Positions 38,941 to 48,114 of a stretch of DNA of 64,000 bases are shown piece by piece; position 1 is the first letter of the stretch; each line of letters opens with the position of its first letter. Location: NCBI GenBank assembly GCA_043827025.1, contig JBDRPL010000019.1:24273-88272 (forward strand). Direction: 5' to 3'. The notes below the pieces were generated by a model. The model ran no database searches. It worked only from the letters and a program-made list of their open reading frames with translations, and was not told where the DNA came from. Source of the stretch: Candidatus Micrarchaeota archaeon (lineage in GTDB: Archaea > Micrarchaeota > Micrarchaeia > Anstonellales > Bilamarchaeaceae). A program made the position numbers and the translations under genes.

Positions 38941-39381
38941 TTAGCTTTTCCTTCTTATGACTACTCCTATACTTTCTGATTTTATCTCCATGTTTATCTT
39001 TCCGTTGCCGATATTCTCAAAAGAAGTTTGATCCTCGATTTTGATTGGGTATTTTGCAGTTTCAGAAATGTCGCTTTCACCCTCTCTGGTCATTAACTTG
39101 ATAGTTATTTCTGATCCTTTTCCTATGTTGATGAAGGTGATGCTTTCTGCGTTCTTTGGAAGATAAATCTCTAGGTCTGCAGATGAGCCCTCGCCAAGGT
39201 TTCCGACGCTGTTGACCATGTTTGCAATCCTTGATGCTGCAAGTTGAGCCTGATTGGCCAGCAAAGTTTCTTCTGTATCACTGGCTTTCATATAGACCGT
39301 AACTATTATTGGTATGAATATAACCATTATCGCAGCGATTATTATTATAAGCTCTGTGCTAACTTGCCCTTTTCTTGCCAT
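38941..39381 (-). CDS. Class III signal peptide (pilin-like) protein
   Basis: MARKG|QVSTELIII followed by a hydrophobic helix. Confidence 0.85.
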   Translation of the reverse strand: MARKGQVSTELIIIIAAIMVIFIPIIVTVYMKASDTEETLLANQAQLAASRIANMVNSVGNLGEGSSADLEIYLPKNAESITFINIGKGSEITIKLMTREGESDISETAKYPIKIEDQTSFENIGNGKINMEIKSESIGVVIRRKS

Positions 39382-39390
39382 ATTACATTC

Positions 39391-40452
39391 CTACCTTTTC
39401 TTACTAAGTACTATATTTACTTCATCTATAATCTTTTTAATTGCATCACCAAAGCTGTAATCTTCAGCAGACACGACTGTTGTCTTTCCATTTGCTTCTA
39501 TGTGCAGCTTTGCCTCATAAACTGATTTTCCTTTTTTCACATGGAGACTGATCCTGCCAATTTTTATCGAAGTCCTGAATTTCTCTATCGTATGCTCCAG
39601 CCTTTCCTTTATCATTTCATAGTATTGTTTCTGTTCTTCGTCAAGCCCGCTGACCTCTATTTCAATCTTATCTTTAGAGTCGCTGGATATCCTCTTGAAT
39701 ATGTCTGTTGCGCTTATGACTCCGACTGCTTTTTTGGCTTTGAGCACAATCATGGAGGAAACAGTCCTCTCGACCATTTTCCTTGCAGCATCTTCAAGCA
39801 TGGCACTGTCCTCTATGGTTGCCACCACATCTCGGAGGATATGGGAAAGAGGTTCAGAATCCCTCTTTTCTATCTCGGAAAACATCTCGCCTGAATCCCT
39901 TTCCTTAGCAGTAAGCGATTCTACTGAAAGATCAAATGTTGATACTATTCCATGCGGGTAACCATCCTTTGTTATCAGAACCTTGTGCGTTTTATTCTCT
40001 TTCATTACTCTTTTTACAGCTCCTATACTTTCTTTGTAGTCAATGGAGTAAACCGGAGAATTCATAATTTCTTTGACACTGACTTTTGGAACTAACCTTG
40101 CTTTCATGAGCTCTTCAACCAAATCTGTTCTTGTTGTTATTCCTTTTGGTTTTTCTCTTGCATCTAATATTGGAATCGCCTTGAAATGCCCTGCAAGGAA
40201 CGCATTCAGCTTTTCAAGCATTGATGCGTTTTCGCTTATATGGGGCGCCTTTATGCAGACGGAGCTGCATTTTGTTTTGCTTGGATCAGTTATGCCTGTT
40301 CTTAGGTTTCGATCATCAATTATTCCATAATATCTGCCTTCTTTGGTGACTATTGTTGCAGTTCCTTCTCTTAGCATGTCATCCGTAACCCTTGAAAGGG
40401 GTTCATTTAAATCTACGATATTGGCTTCTTTCATAACAACATCTCCAAGCAT
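39391..40452 (-). CDS. Four-CBS protein with a C-terminal HPF/RaiA-like domain (putative ribosome hibernation factor)
   Basis: Two CBS pairs, then ~90 aa with a beta-alpha-beta-beta-beta-alpha pattern (IEVSGL...ISLHVKK...YEAKLHI...VVSAEDYSFGDAI). Confidence 0.75.
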   Translation of the reverse strand: MLGDVVMKEANIVDLNEPLSRVTDDMLREGTATIVTKEGRYYGIIDDRNLRTGITDPSKTKCSSVCIKAPHISENASMLEKLNAFLAGHFKAIPILDAREKPKGITTRTDLVEELMKARLVPKVSVKEIMNSPVYSIDYKESIGAVKRVMKENKTHKVLITKDGYPHGIVSTFDLSVESLTAKERDSGEMFSEIEKRDSEPLSHILRDVVATIEDSAMLEDAARKMVERTVSSMIVLKAKKAVGVISATDIFKRISSDSKDKIEIEVSGLDEEQKQYYEMIKERLEHTIEKFRTSIKIGRISLHVKKGKSVYEAKLHIEANGKTTVVSAEDYSFGDAIKKIIDEVNIVLSKKR

Positions 40453-40536
40453 TTTATGCGATTTTTCAATCTGAAGTAATATGGAAGAATAACTTAATAA
40501 ATAACTACGTGTATAATTGGTAAGGCGATCCTGGCG

Positions 40537-41238
40537 ATGTCATTCAGTCTTGAAAAAATGGTTGAAAAGCCTACCTGGAAAGTGGTTTTGCTTGAACTTA
40601 TTGCGTCAAAAGAGCTGGACCCATGGAACATAGATTTGGTTGTTGTTTCAGACAGTTTCATAAAGAAAATAAAAGAGATGAAGAGCCTTGATTTTTTTCT
40701 TCCAGCGAACCTTATCCTAGCAGCCTCTATTCTTCTGAGGTACAAAAGCGAACATATCCGCTTTCAAGATGATGTTCTTCCTGTTGAGGCTATGGGTGAG
40801 CCACTTGATTATGATTCTGAAAGTTCTAGTATTCCAGAACTAATGCTCTCTTCAAGAATACCTCCAAGAAGGCAAATTACGATGGAGGAGCTGATGCTGG
40901 AAATAGAGAAGGCTATGAAATATGATACTACTGAAAGGGTAGTGCACCACAAGGGTGGCATAATTGATTTTGTTGATTTGAATATAAACAAGTTCGATAT
41001 AGAAAAGAAGATGGAAGAGATTCTGGAATCTGTCAAAGAGAATGTGGATTCAGAAGGCTTTGCCTTGTTTTCCAAGATGGTGGATGGAAAGAAGAATCTC
41101 GAAGTCATTTATTCCCTGCTTTCACTGCTCCATTTGACTCAAAAGGAGAAGATCGATTTGATACAGGATGAGCTCTTTGGTGAGATACTGGTTAGATTGA
41201 AAGGAGAAAAAGTGGATTTTACTGCTAGTGCTGAATAA
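40537..41238 (+). CDS. scpA: Segregation/condensation protein ScpA
   Basis: LDPWNIDL, A.ILLRYKS, LLHL....I.L.QDELFGEI. Confidence 0.9.
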   Translation: MSFSLEKMVEKPTWKVVLLELIASKELDPWNIDLVVVSDSFIKKIKEMKSLDFFLPANLILAASILLRYKSEHIRFQDDVLPVEAMGEPLDYDSESSSIPELMLSSRIPPRRQITMEELMLEIEKAMKYDTTERVVHHKGGIIDFVDLNINKFDIEKKMEEILESVKENVDSEGFALFSKMVDGKKNLEVIYSLLSLLHLTQKEKIDLIQDELFGEILVRLKGEKVDFTASAE

Positions 41239-41277
41239 TTAAAATAAGATAATAAGATTAAGAATAGAAAAAAAAGA

Positions 41278-41640
41278 TTAATGTCTGATCTTTGGCTTTG
41301 TCTTGATGATCTTAACATTTGCAGGTGTTAATATTACCGTATCCTGTGCCAAGAGAGCTATGTCGCCGTTTATTTTTGTAGAGTATGTCTTCAATTTGGA
41401 GATGATTGTCTTCAATCTGTTTGGTTGCTTTGACAGATGAACCAAGTTAAGGATGATTATATTTTTGCTTGACAACTCTGATACTGTAAGGTCAGCATCC
41501 CCTTCGTTTCTTAATTCTATTCTCTTTACATAGAAATCTGCTGGTGGATTTACGACGTCGCCGTCTGCATCCATGACTTCTTCAAGATCCGGTAATTCTC
41601 CTTCTGCCTCTTTTCCAAAAAATTTGTCTAAAAGTCCCAT
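41278..41640 (-). CDS. sepF: Cell division protein SepF
   Basis: Amphipathic MGLLDKFFG N-terminus, NIIILNL, GDIA, VILTP..V.I. Confidence 0.88.
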   Translation of the reverse strand: MGLLDKFFGKEAEGELPDLEEVMDADGDVVNPPADFYVKRIELRNEGDADLTVSELSSKNIIILNLVHLSKQPNRLKTIISKLKTYSTKINGDIALLAQDTVILTPANVKIIKTKPKIRH

Positions 41641-41719
41641 GTGGTCACCCTTAATTGATGAATGTTAACTTAATTAAGAAGCAATTAGTTTTTAAATTTA
41701 CTTCCGCAAACTTTTTAAC

Positions 41720-42631
41720 ATGCGTAATGAAAAATCATCGAATAGGAATAATACTATCTATGGGACTGTTCTTATGCTGGCCCTTGGTTTCATAGTTCTA
41801 ATAGGCTTGATGTTTGTTTTTTCAGATGGTTTTCACCTTGGGAAGAAGGGTTGCGTTGCAATAGTCAACATAAACCGCGAGATCACAGTAGAAAGCACTC
41901 CGCAATCGCTTTTTGTAGAATCTGTTCCTGGTTCAGAGGACATTGCGAATGCGATATACGGACTCAATGACCGCAATGATGTGGCTGCAGTCGTCTTTGT
42001 CATTAATTCTCCTGGTGGGTCTGTTGTTGGGAGCAGGGAAATTTATAATTCAGTTTTGAATCTTTCAAAGCCAAAGGTTGGCTATTTTAGGGAAGTTGCT
42101 GCTTCAGGTGCATATTACATCGCTACTCCTCTTCAATACATTGTTTCAGATCCTGCTGCCCTTACTGGCAACATAGGTGCTGTGACAACCTTTGCGGATC
42201 TAAGCAGTCTTTTTGAAAAAATAGGGATGAATGTGACTTCCATAACCTCTGGAGAAATGAAAGATATTGGTTCTCCTTCAAGACCGATGACTGATGATGA
42301 ACGTTCTTTAATGCAACAGGTTGCAATGGAGGCGTTCGAGGATTTTAAGGCAGTTATATTGAAGAATCGCGGCTCCAAGCTCAACATGGCGAAATTTGAT
42401 GTCATTTTGGATGGCCGGGTGGTGACAGGCAAAATGGCAAAAGACATAGGGCTTGTTGATCAAATCGGCACAAAGCAGGATGCCATAAACAAGGCAAAGG
42501 AGCTTGCAGGGTTGCCAGAGGAAGCTTTGATATGTAATATTGATCTTGGAGGTGGCAAAGGAGGATTATTCAGTACGGGTTCGTTGCTTGACACATTTCA
42601 CATCCAGAAGATGGAGCTGAAGTTTCAATGA
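41720..42631 (+). CDS. sppA: Signal peptide peptidase SppA
   Basis: INSPGGS, AASGAYYIA, TGNIG, SGEMKD.GS, DGRV.TG..A...GLVD.IG. Confidence 0.93.
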   Translation: MRNEKSSNRNNTIYGTVLMLALGFIVLIGLMFVFSDGFHLGKKGCVAIVNINREITVESTPQSLFVESVPGSEDIANAIYGLNDRNDVAAVVFVINSPGGSVVGSREIYNSVLNLSKPKVGYFREVAASGAYYIATPLQYIVSDPAALTGNIGAVTTFADLSSLFEKIGMNVTSITSGEMKDIGSPSRPMTDDERSLMQQVAMEAFEDFKAVILKNRGSKLNMAKFDVILDGRVVTGKMAKDIGLVDQIGTKQDAINKAKELAGLPEEALICNIDLGGGKGGLFSTGSLLDTFHIQKMELKFQ

Positions 42632-42681
42632 AGAAATATGGCAGCGATAGAAAATCTATGCAAAAAGAAGAGGGTGATGAT

Positions 42682-43023
42682 ATGGTCAGGAAGCTCATAA
42701 AAAAATCAATACCTTATTTATTTGTCTTTTTTGTGCTTTCCATCGTGTTCTATTTTTTCGGATTTGGCAATCCATCCTCGGCTCCGGTTGCAAAACTAAA
42801 TGATGCGAAAAGTGTCTGTACAGAAGGCGCAATGCAAAACTGCACCTACAATTCCTGTAATGGATACAGCCAATGTGAGAATGGCAAGTGGTCCTATTGT
42901 AAAATGAAACCTGTTTGCGTTCCAGGCTCGAAATCAAGTTGCACAGATAATGGCTGTGTCAATGGCTACAAGGTTTGCAATGATTGTGGCACAGATTATG
43001 GGGACTGCTTTGAGACTAACTAA
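42682..43023 (+). CDS. Small membrane-anchored Cys-rich protein
   Basis: TM helix and two C..G....C....C.G...C repeats. A GGTGA SD precedes ATG 42682. Confidence 0.7.
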   Translation: MVRKLIKKSIPYLFVFFVLSIVFYFFGFGNPSSAPVAKLNDAKSVCTEGAMQNCTYNSCNGYSQCENGKWSYCKMKPVCVPGSKSSCTDNGCVNGYKVCNDCGTDYGDCFETN

Positions 43024-44250
43024 TTAAATCACAGTCTTTTGTTTTGTTGCCAGTTTTTTCGGAGCCCTTATCTTTCCAGTAGCTGTGAATTCAGCATATT
43101 TTGCTTTCATTTCTTGATCTAGGTTTGCAGCTATTCTTTCAGTTGCACCGAAGAATATCTTCACTCTGGTTCTGAAGCAGCTAACTTCCCTTGCAGCTTG
43201 TCTTATGGATTCCGGAGCCCTTTCATTTTCAGCAATTCTGTTCAGCTCTTTTAATGTTTGCGACCTGTAACAACGCCATAACAGACCCCTTTCTCTTGTT
43301 TCAATCATTGCCTTTATCACTGCAAGTGTGCCGTATTCAACGACTTCCTGCTGATGGTTAAATCCTAACAATTCATTGAGGATCCTTGCTTCTGCTAAGA
43401 ATTTTGAATGATGATTTAACTCTCCGCTTTTTATGTTTTCAAGGTTAAGTATGACTCCCAGGGTTCCATAATAATTTCTTAATTCAGGAGCCACTCTTCT
43501 TTCAGTAGATATTTTCAGACATCTATCTGGCTTTTTGTTTGCAGCCCTTCCATTATCATTTTGTTCAACATGATTAATTATCGCATATTCAATGCTTTCT
43601 TGGGGGATTCCGAGATTTTCTGGCAACAGGTGCCTGTATCCATCATACATCCTTTCGCATTGTCTGATGAATCTTTCCCTGGCTTCCTGTCTTATATCCT
43701 CAGGAACACCTTCAGTCAATATCAGTTGGTGTATTTCTGATTCTTTATTGGCGGTTTCCAAAAGAAATCTGTACGTAGCTTTCTTCACCCTTGGCAAGGT
43801 ATCTGATGCATTGGCAAATCTAGCTATTTTTTCGTATATGGGAGATGCACGCATTGGATCATGAGCTGCGTTATACTCTCTCTTGTATGTTTCTAAAAGT
43901 GCATATTGTACGGCTCTTCTCACTTTTTCTGATTTTGCTGATCTGGCAATTTTTTTTAATTGGCTTTCTATCCCTTCTTTTCTTATTCTTTCTATGGCCA
44001 GTATGACAATCTTTTCTTCAGCTTCTGGACTTAGTCCTAGGATTCCTTTTATTTCTTCAAGTGCACCTACAATTGCATAAGCATTCATCTCTCTTATCAA
44101 AACTTCGGCCATTTCTAATTGTGTATCCTGGGAGAGAGTTTCATTCCTTAGCCTTAGGTAAGTACCTTCCATTCCTTTGCCATTACCTCCCAGAATGCCT
44201 AAAACCTCGCAACAATCTTGTATTTGTGTTATGCAATCACCCATATCCAA
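43024..44250 (-). CDS. Hypothetical alpha-helical repeat protein
   Basis: Recurrent P/S-E-x-[IV]-R-x-x-A units and a Lys-rich C-terminal tail. Confidence 0.65.
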   Translation of the reverse strand: MDMGDCITQIQDCCEVLGILGGNGKGMEGTYLRLRNETLSQDTQLEMAEVLIREMNAYAIVGALEEIKGILGLSPEAEEKIVILAIERIRKEGIESQLKKIARSAKSEKVRRAVQYALLETYKREYNAAHDPMRASPIYEKIARFANASDTLPRVKKATYRFLLETANKESEIHQLILTEGVPEDIRQEARERFIRQCERMYDGYRHLLPENLGIPQESIEYAIINHVEQNDNGRAANKKPDRCLKISTERRVAPELRNYYGTLGVILNLENIKSGELNHHSKFLAEARILNELLGFNHQQEVVEYGTLAVIKAMIETRERGLLWRCYRSQTLKELNRIAENERAPESIRQAAREVSCFRTRVKIFFGATERIAANLDQEMKAKYAEFTATGKIRAPKKLATKQKTVI

Positions 44251-44410
44251 TAAAGTAAATTATTGTATTATCATAATTTGTGCTTATAAATGTTACTGTT
44301 GGTGGAAAAAAAAGACATTTATTTAAAAAAGCAGCCTTTTCCTGAGTAATTAGCCAAGGACCTTCTTCTTAGGATGTTATTTTTAAACCTTTCACGACAA
44401 ACTCTAATTG

Positions 44411-44998
44411 ATGAAATCAAAAGGATTCATATTCTCGCTAGATGCATTTGTAGCATTCACCCTGTCCCTAGTTGTCATTTCATCATTGATTTTCTTTTCA
44501 AGCATTCCTTCGGCGCATTATGCAACTCTCATGCAGGCGCATTATATCGCAAAGGATGCGCTTTTGGCGCTTTCAGCAACACCATGCGCTGATAAAATAG
44601 AATGTGGCGACAGTGTATCCCTTTTGAACTATATTGTCATTAGAAAGGAGACTGAAGGCAGGCTCCAGCAGGGCATGGTCGATTCTTTTATAGGTAACTA
44701 CATTCCTAAGCAATATGGCTATTCCCTGTCAATTTATGACAAGGACTCAGGAAACTGGAGGGAAATTTTCAAAGACGAACGAGGCAAAATTGACAGGCAC
44801 GTAAGCGTTTCTGAATATTCCATGGTTCATGATTTTAGATACTTCGTGAGCGCTCCGGCCAACATATATCAATACAAGACTTGCAACGGAGGCAAAAACA
44901 TTGCCTGTAGCGAGAATCAAGTTATCTCAGAATACTGGGATGAGCTGTCCAAGAATAAATACGTGGTTCAGCTCATAAGGTTGGATGTGTTTATCTAG
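44411..44998 (+). CDS. Class III signal peptide (pilin-like) protein
   Basis: MKSKG|FIFSLDAF plus a hydrophobic helix. Confidence 0.8.
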   Translation: MKSKGFIFSLDAFVAFTLSLVVISSLIFFSSIPSAHYATLMQAHYIAKDALLALSATPCADKIECGDSVSLLNYIVIRKETEGRLQQGMVDSFIGNYIPKQYGYSLSIYDKDSGNWREIFKDERGKIDRHVSVSEYSMVHDFRYFVSAPANIYQYKTCNGGKNIACSENQVISEYWDELSKNKYVVQLIRLDVFI

Positions 44999-45007
44999 GT
45001 GTTTTAT

Positions 45008-46546
45008 ATGAAAAAAGGATTTTTCTTTGTCATAACTATTTTCCTGGTACTCGCGTATGTCCTCACTTCAGTTTCCATATGGGTAAAAACCACCAATGAA
45101 TTGGAGAGGCAATACTCCGAGAAGCTCAGGGCCTCAAATGTTGATTATATCTTAGTAGGAGTGAGCGAAGAATACATGGCTCAGCTTGTAGACCAGATGG
45201 CATTCTATTCTCTTTTTAAGTTGGATTTGTATGTTGGTGAAGGCAATCCTGTTAATGCAGGCCCAGATGATAACGAAAACATTTATATTGAAAAAGTAAT
45301 GCTGAATCTCATGGTCAATGGAAGCGCAGAGGGATCTTACTTTGCGAATGGCAATGGCCTTGAGATGGATACAAAGAATTTTTCGCTTTACACGTTCATA
45401 GACAGCATGAATGAATCGTTGAAGACCCTTGGAGTGGAGATTACCACCTATCGCGTAAGCAATGATTTCCCGATAGTACAAAAGGACTTCAAGTCCCTTG
45501 AATACACCCTTTCATTCGATCTTGTTTTCACAGACCTTTCAAATTCCCTTCAGATAAAGAAAAACTATGTTATAACTCGTCCTGTTTCGTTTGAAGGTTT
45601 TGCAGATCCCCTTATACTCAACGAAGGAAGAAAACTTGACAATCCAATGACAATAGAGAAATTTCATTACTATAATCTGGATTACAACAGCATGGATGAT
45701 TTAAAGCCAACTGAAATAGCGATTGACAGACTTTCAACCCAAGGCCAAAGCTGGTTCTATGGGCCAGTTGTTTTTGCAGATCGTGCAAACACCATCCCTG
45801 CAGACAAGAGAAGGATGTATCTGCTTGCAGGAACTTACGATGAAATCATGTCTATGGATGATGCAGAATACAGGGAATTCGGCGCATATGTATTGACAAA
45901 TGAACCAGAAGAGATTGATATTGGATGCGGAGAGCTCAAACAACAGATGGATACATTTAATCCTCTTACAAGAAAAGAAGATGGGGCTGCGTGTGAGCCT
46001 CAGATAAGCGGCGAAGTGTTGGATGCTTCATTTGCAGTGATACCTGACTTTTCGCTTGCAGATCTGAATGGCGAAAACTTTCAATGCCTTGACAATGAGT
46101 TGTGCGTGCTTTTTGCTAACAAATACAATGCGGATGATATCAAAGCAGACCCATTGAAGAAACTTGAAGCAAATACTGTGGTTTATGGAATTGAAAAACT
46201 CAGGGATTTCGCGCTTTGCGGATATTTTATCCACAATTCCGATTCGCCATCTTATTTACAAAGGCTTCTTGTAGATGGCTATTCAAAAAAGAGCGCGGAC
46301 TTCGGAGTGGAGACGTTCCTGTTCGGAAAATCCGTATATGCTTCTGATCCGTCAGCTGATGTTTATGGAAAGATTGACAAGGAATTCATGAACCTTGAAA
46401 ACGGAAGAACGATAAAAGGTATGCCAGGGTGCAAGACTCCTGGGCTATGCGAGGGAAATGATATCGGAAGGTTTTCAATAACGCAGGCGGATCTGCCTGA
46501 CTATGGCATTATGGACCAGATGACCTGTGAAGGGGGATGCAGATGA
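45008..46546 (+). CDS. Large class III signal peptide protein (minor pilin/adhesin-like)
   Basis: MKKG|FFFVI plus a hydrophobic helix, EGFADPL and SPSYLQRL. Confidence 0.75.
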   Translation: MKKGFFFVITIFLVLAYVLTSVSIWVKTTNELERQYSEKLRASNVDYILVGVSEEYMAQLVDQMAFYSLFKLDLYVGEGNPVNAGPDDNENIYIEKVMLNLMVNGSAEGSYFANGNGLEMDTKNFSLYTFIDSMNESLKTLGVEITTYRVSNDFPIVQKDFKSLEYTLSFDLVFTDLSNSLQIKKNYVITRPVSFEGFADPLILNEGRKLDNPMTIEKFHYYNLDYNSMDDLKPTEIAIDRLSTQGQSWFYGPVVFADRANTIPADKRRMYLLAGTYDEIMSMDDAEYREFGAYVLTNEPEEIDIGCGELKQQMDTFNPLTRKEDGAACEPQISGEVLDASFAVIPDFSLADLNGENFQCLDNELCVLFANKYNADDIKADPLKKLEANTVVYGIEKLRDFALCGYFIHNSDSPSYLQRLLVDGYSKKSADFGVETFLFGKSVYASDPSADVYGKIDKEFMNLENGRTIKGMPGCKTPGLCEGNDIGRFSITQADLPDYGIMDQMTCEGGCR

Positions 46547-46986
46547 AATCCATGAAGGGACAAATCTCTCTAGAAGTGCTTATTACACTTGGAGTTATAC
46601 TGGCATTTTCGCTTCCAGTTTTATTTCTCATGCTCACTGTTTCCAATTACAGTTTTGAAAGTTCTGCGCTTCAGCAGGCTGATGCAACTGCAGGTATGCT
46701 TGCTGATTCGATAGAAGACGTGTATGCTCAGGGCCCTGGTGCAAAAAGGATGGTCCCTTTGAATGTGCCTTCAAATACAGAGCTTATCAGCGTCTCTGAT
46801 GACAATGTCATGGTTCGCCTTAAAGTGACTAATGGTTTTTATGATGCAGTGGTGTCCATATCTGCAAGGGCAAAAATAGCTGATGGTGTTACGCTTCCTA
46901 AAGGTCCTTTCGTTGCCATACTTGAAGTCAAGGAGACGGATGATCCAGTTACTGGTGAAAAATACTATGAGGTGGAAGTCAAATGA
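46543..46986 (+). CDS. Class III signal peptide (pilin-like) protein
   Basis: MKG|QISLEVL and VYAQGPGAK. ATGA-coupled to its neighbours. Confidence 0.85.
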   Translation: MKSMKGQISLEVLITLGVILAFSLPVLFLMLTVSNYSFESSALQQADATAGMLADSIEDVYAQGPGAKRMVPLNVPSNTELISVSDDNVMVRLKVTNGFYDAVVSISARAKIADGVTLPKGPFVAILEVKETDDPVTGEKYYEVEVK

Positions 46987-47474
46987 AAAATTCACGCGGT
47001 CAAGTCGCCATCGAATTCTTTGTCTATTCCGCAATGTTCTTGTTTGTAGTTGTTGCAGCTTATTTCCTGGTTAATTACATGCAGGAAAGCGAGATTCCAC
47101 CTAAGGAAAATTCTCTTGTGGAAGAGGTCGGGCAATCTTTCGCTGACGCAGCTACACTTTCCGTGTATGGAGGAAAAGGTTTCACATATACATTCAGTTT
47201 CTCCAAATCTGTTCTTGGCAATAAATATTATATTTCAATGTATGGTGACAAACTTGGGATAGATTCGAAGATGGGGAGTTCGGAATTCGGTTCAATTTAC
47301 ACTCTTCCAAAATATAATTATATCTATGAAGGTGATTGCTGGGATGACAGAGAAGGGGTAGACAAGGATAATAATCCAGTTGTAGCTAAGATTCTTGATG
47401 TTTCAAAATGCAAGAATTATCTTACATTTTCCAATGACGGAGATGTACTTACCATAACTTCAGAATTAGGTTGA
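46983..47474 (+). CDS. Class III signal peptide (pilin-like) protein
   Basis: MKNSRG|QVAIEFF plus a hydrophobic helix. Confidence 0.85.
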   Translation: MKNSRGQVAIEFFVYSAMFLFVVVAAYFLVNYMQESEIPPKENSLVEEVGQSFADAATLSVYGGKGFTYTFSFSKSVLGNKYYISMYGDKLGIDSKMGSSEFGSIYTLPKYNYIYEGDCWDDREGVDKDNNPVVAKILDVSKCKNYLTFSNDGDVLTITSELG

Positions 47475-47479
47475 TTCTT

Positions 47480-48028
47480 ATGACAATGAAAGGACAATAT
47501 TTCAGTTTCGATGCGATTGTTGCTTCAGTGATATTCATTTTGGCAATTGTCTCGCTCTTATCCTATTGGGATAGCATAAGGTCCAACCTCGATTTCCAGA
47601 ACAGCGACGTTTCAAGGGAAGCTTTTAGGGTTTCAGAAGCTCTTCTCAAAGAAAAGATTTCTGTAACTAATGTTGCCAATTGCGATGGAATAAAAGCACC
47701 AGGGGCAAGGCTTGGTTTTGCAGGTTATGATGGGCGCATAAACTGGACAATTGTCCAATGTGCGAATGATTATATTACTGATGATGAGCCTGCACTGAAG
47801 TCTTTGCTGAGCACAGGCTATGGCGTCACAATAATCTTTCACAAAGGGGATGTAGATGACACCAAACTGGCAGAGATAGGCACGCCTATGACAGATGCAT
47901 TCAGGGCATCACTTAGGGAAGTTTACAAGGTCAGGAGAATCGTTCCTGTTGTTGACGCAGAAGGCCCTAGAGAAACAGACGAACGCACCTACAGCGTAAA
48001 TTATATGGATCTGTATCTTTACCGTTAA
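47480..48028 (+). CDS. Class III signal peptide (pilin-like) protein
   Basis: MKG|QYFSFDAIVA plus a hydrophobic helix. Confidence 0.82.
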   Translation: MTMKGQYFSFDAIVASVIFILAIVSLLSYWDSIRSNLDFQNSDVSREAFRVSEALLKEKISVTNVANCDGIKAPGARLGFAGYDGRINWTIVQCANDYITDDEPALKSLLSTGYGVTIIFHKGDVDDTKLAEIGTPMTDAFRASLREVYKVRRIVPVVDAEGPRETDERTYSVNYMDLYLYR

Positions 48029-48114
48029 GCAGTAATCTCACACTTCTTAGGCTTTACGAAATTCTTCATTTAATGTAAACCTAGAGGATTATAAAAAGAA
48101 AATAAAAGAAAAAC

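Noticed and set aside
16108..41238. scpB and scpA 24 kb apart with no smc in the window
   Set aside because: Unlinked scp genes are common in archaea, and smc may lie elsewhere.
35478..44392. Recurring TTTAAACCTT motif (e.g. ~35481, ~37131, ~44382)
   Set aside because: Explained as ordinary TATA/BRE promoter sequence. Only the extended 37-bp pair is reported.
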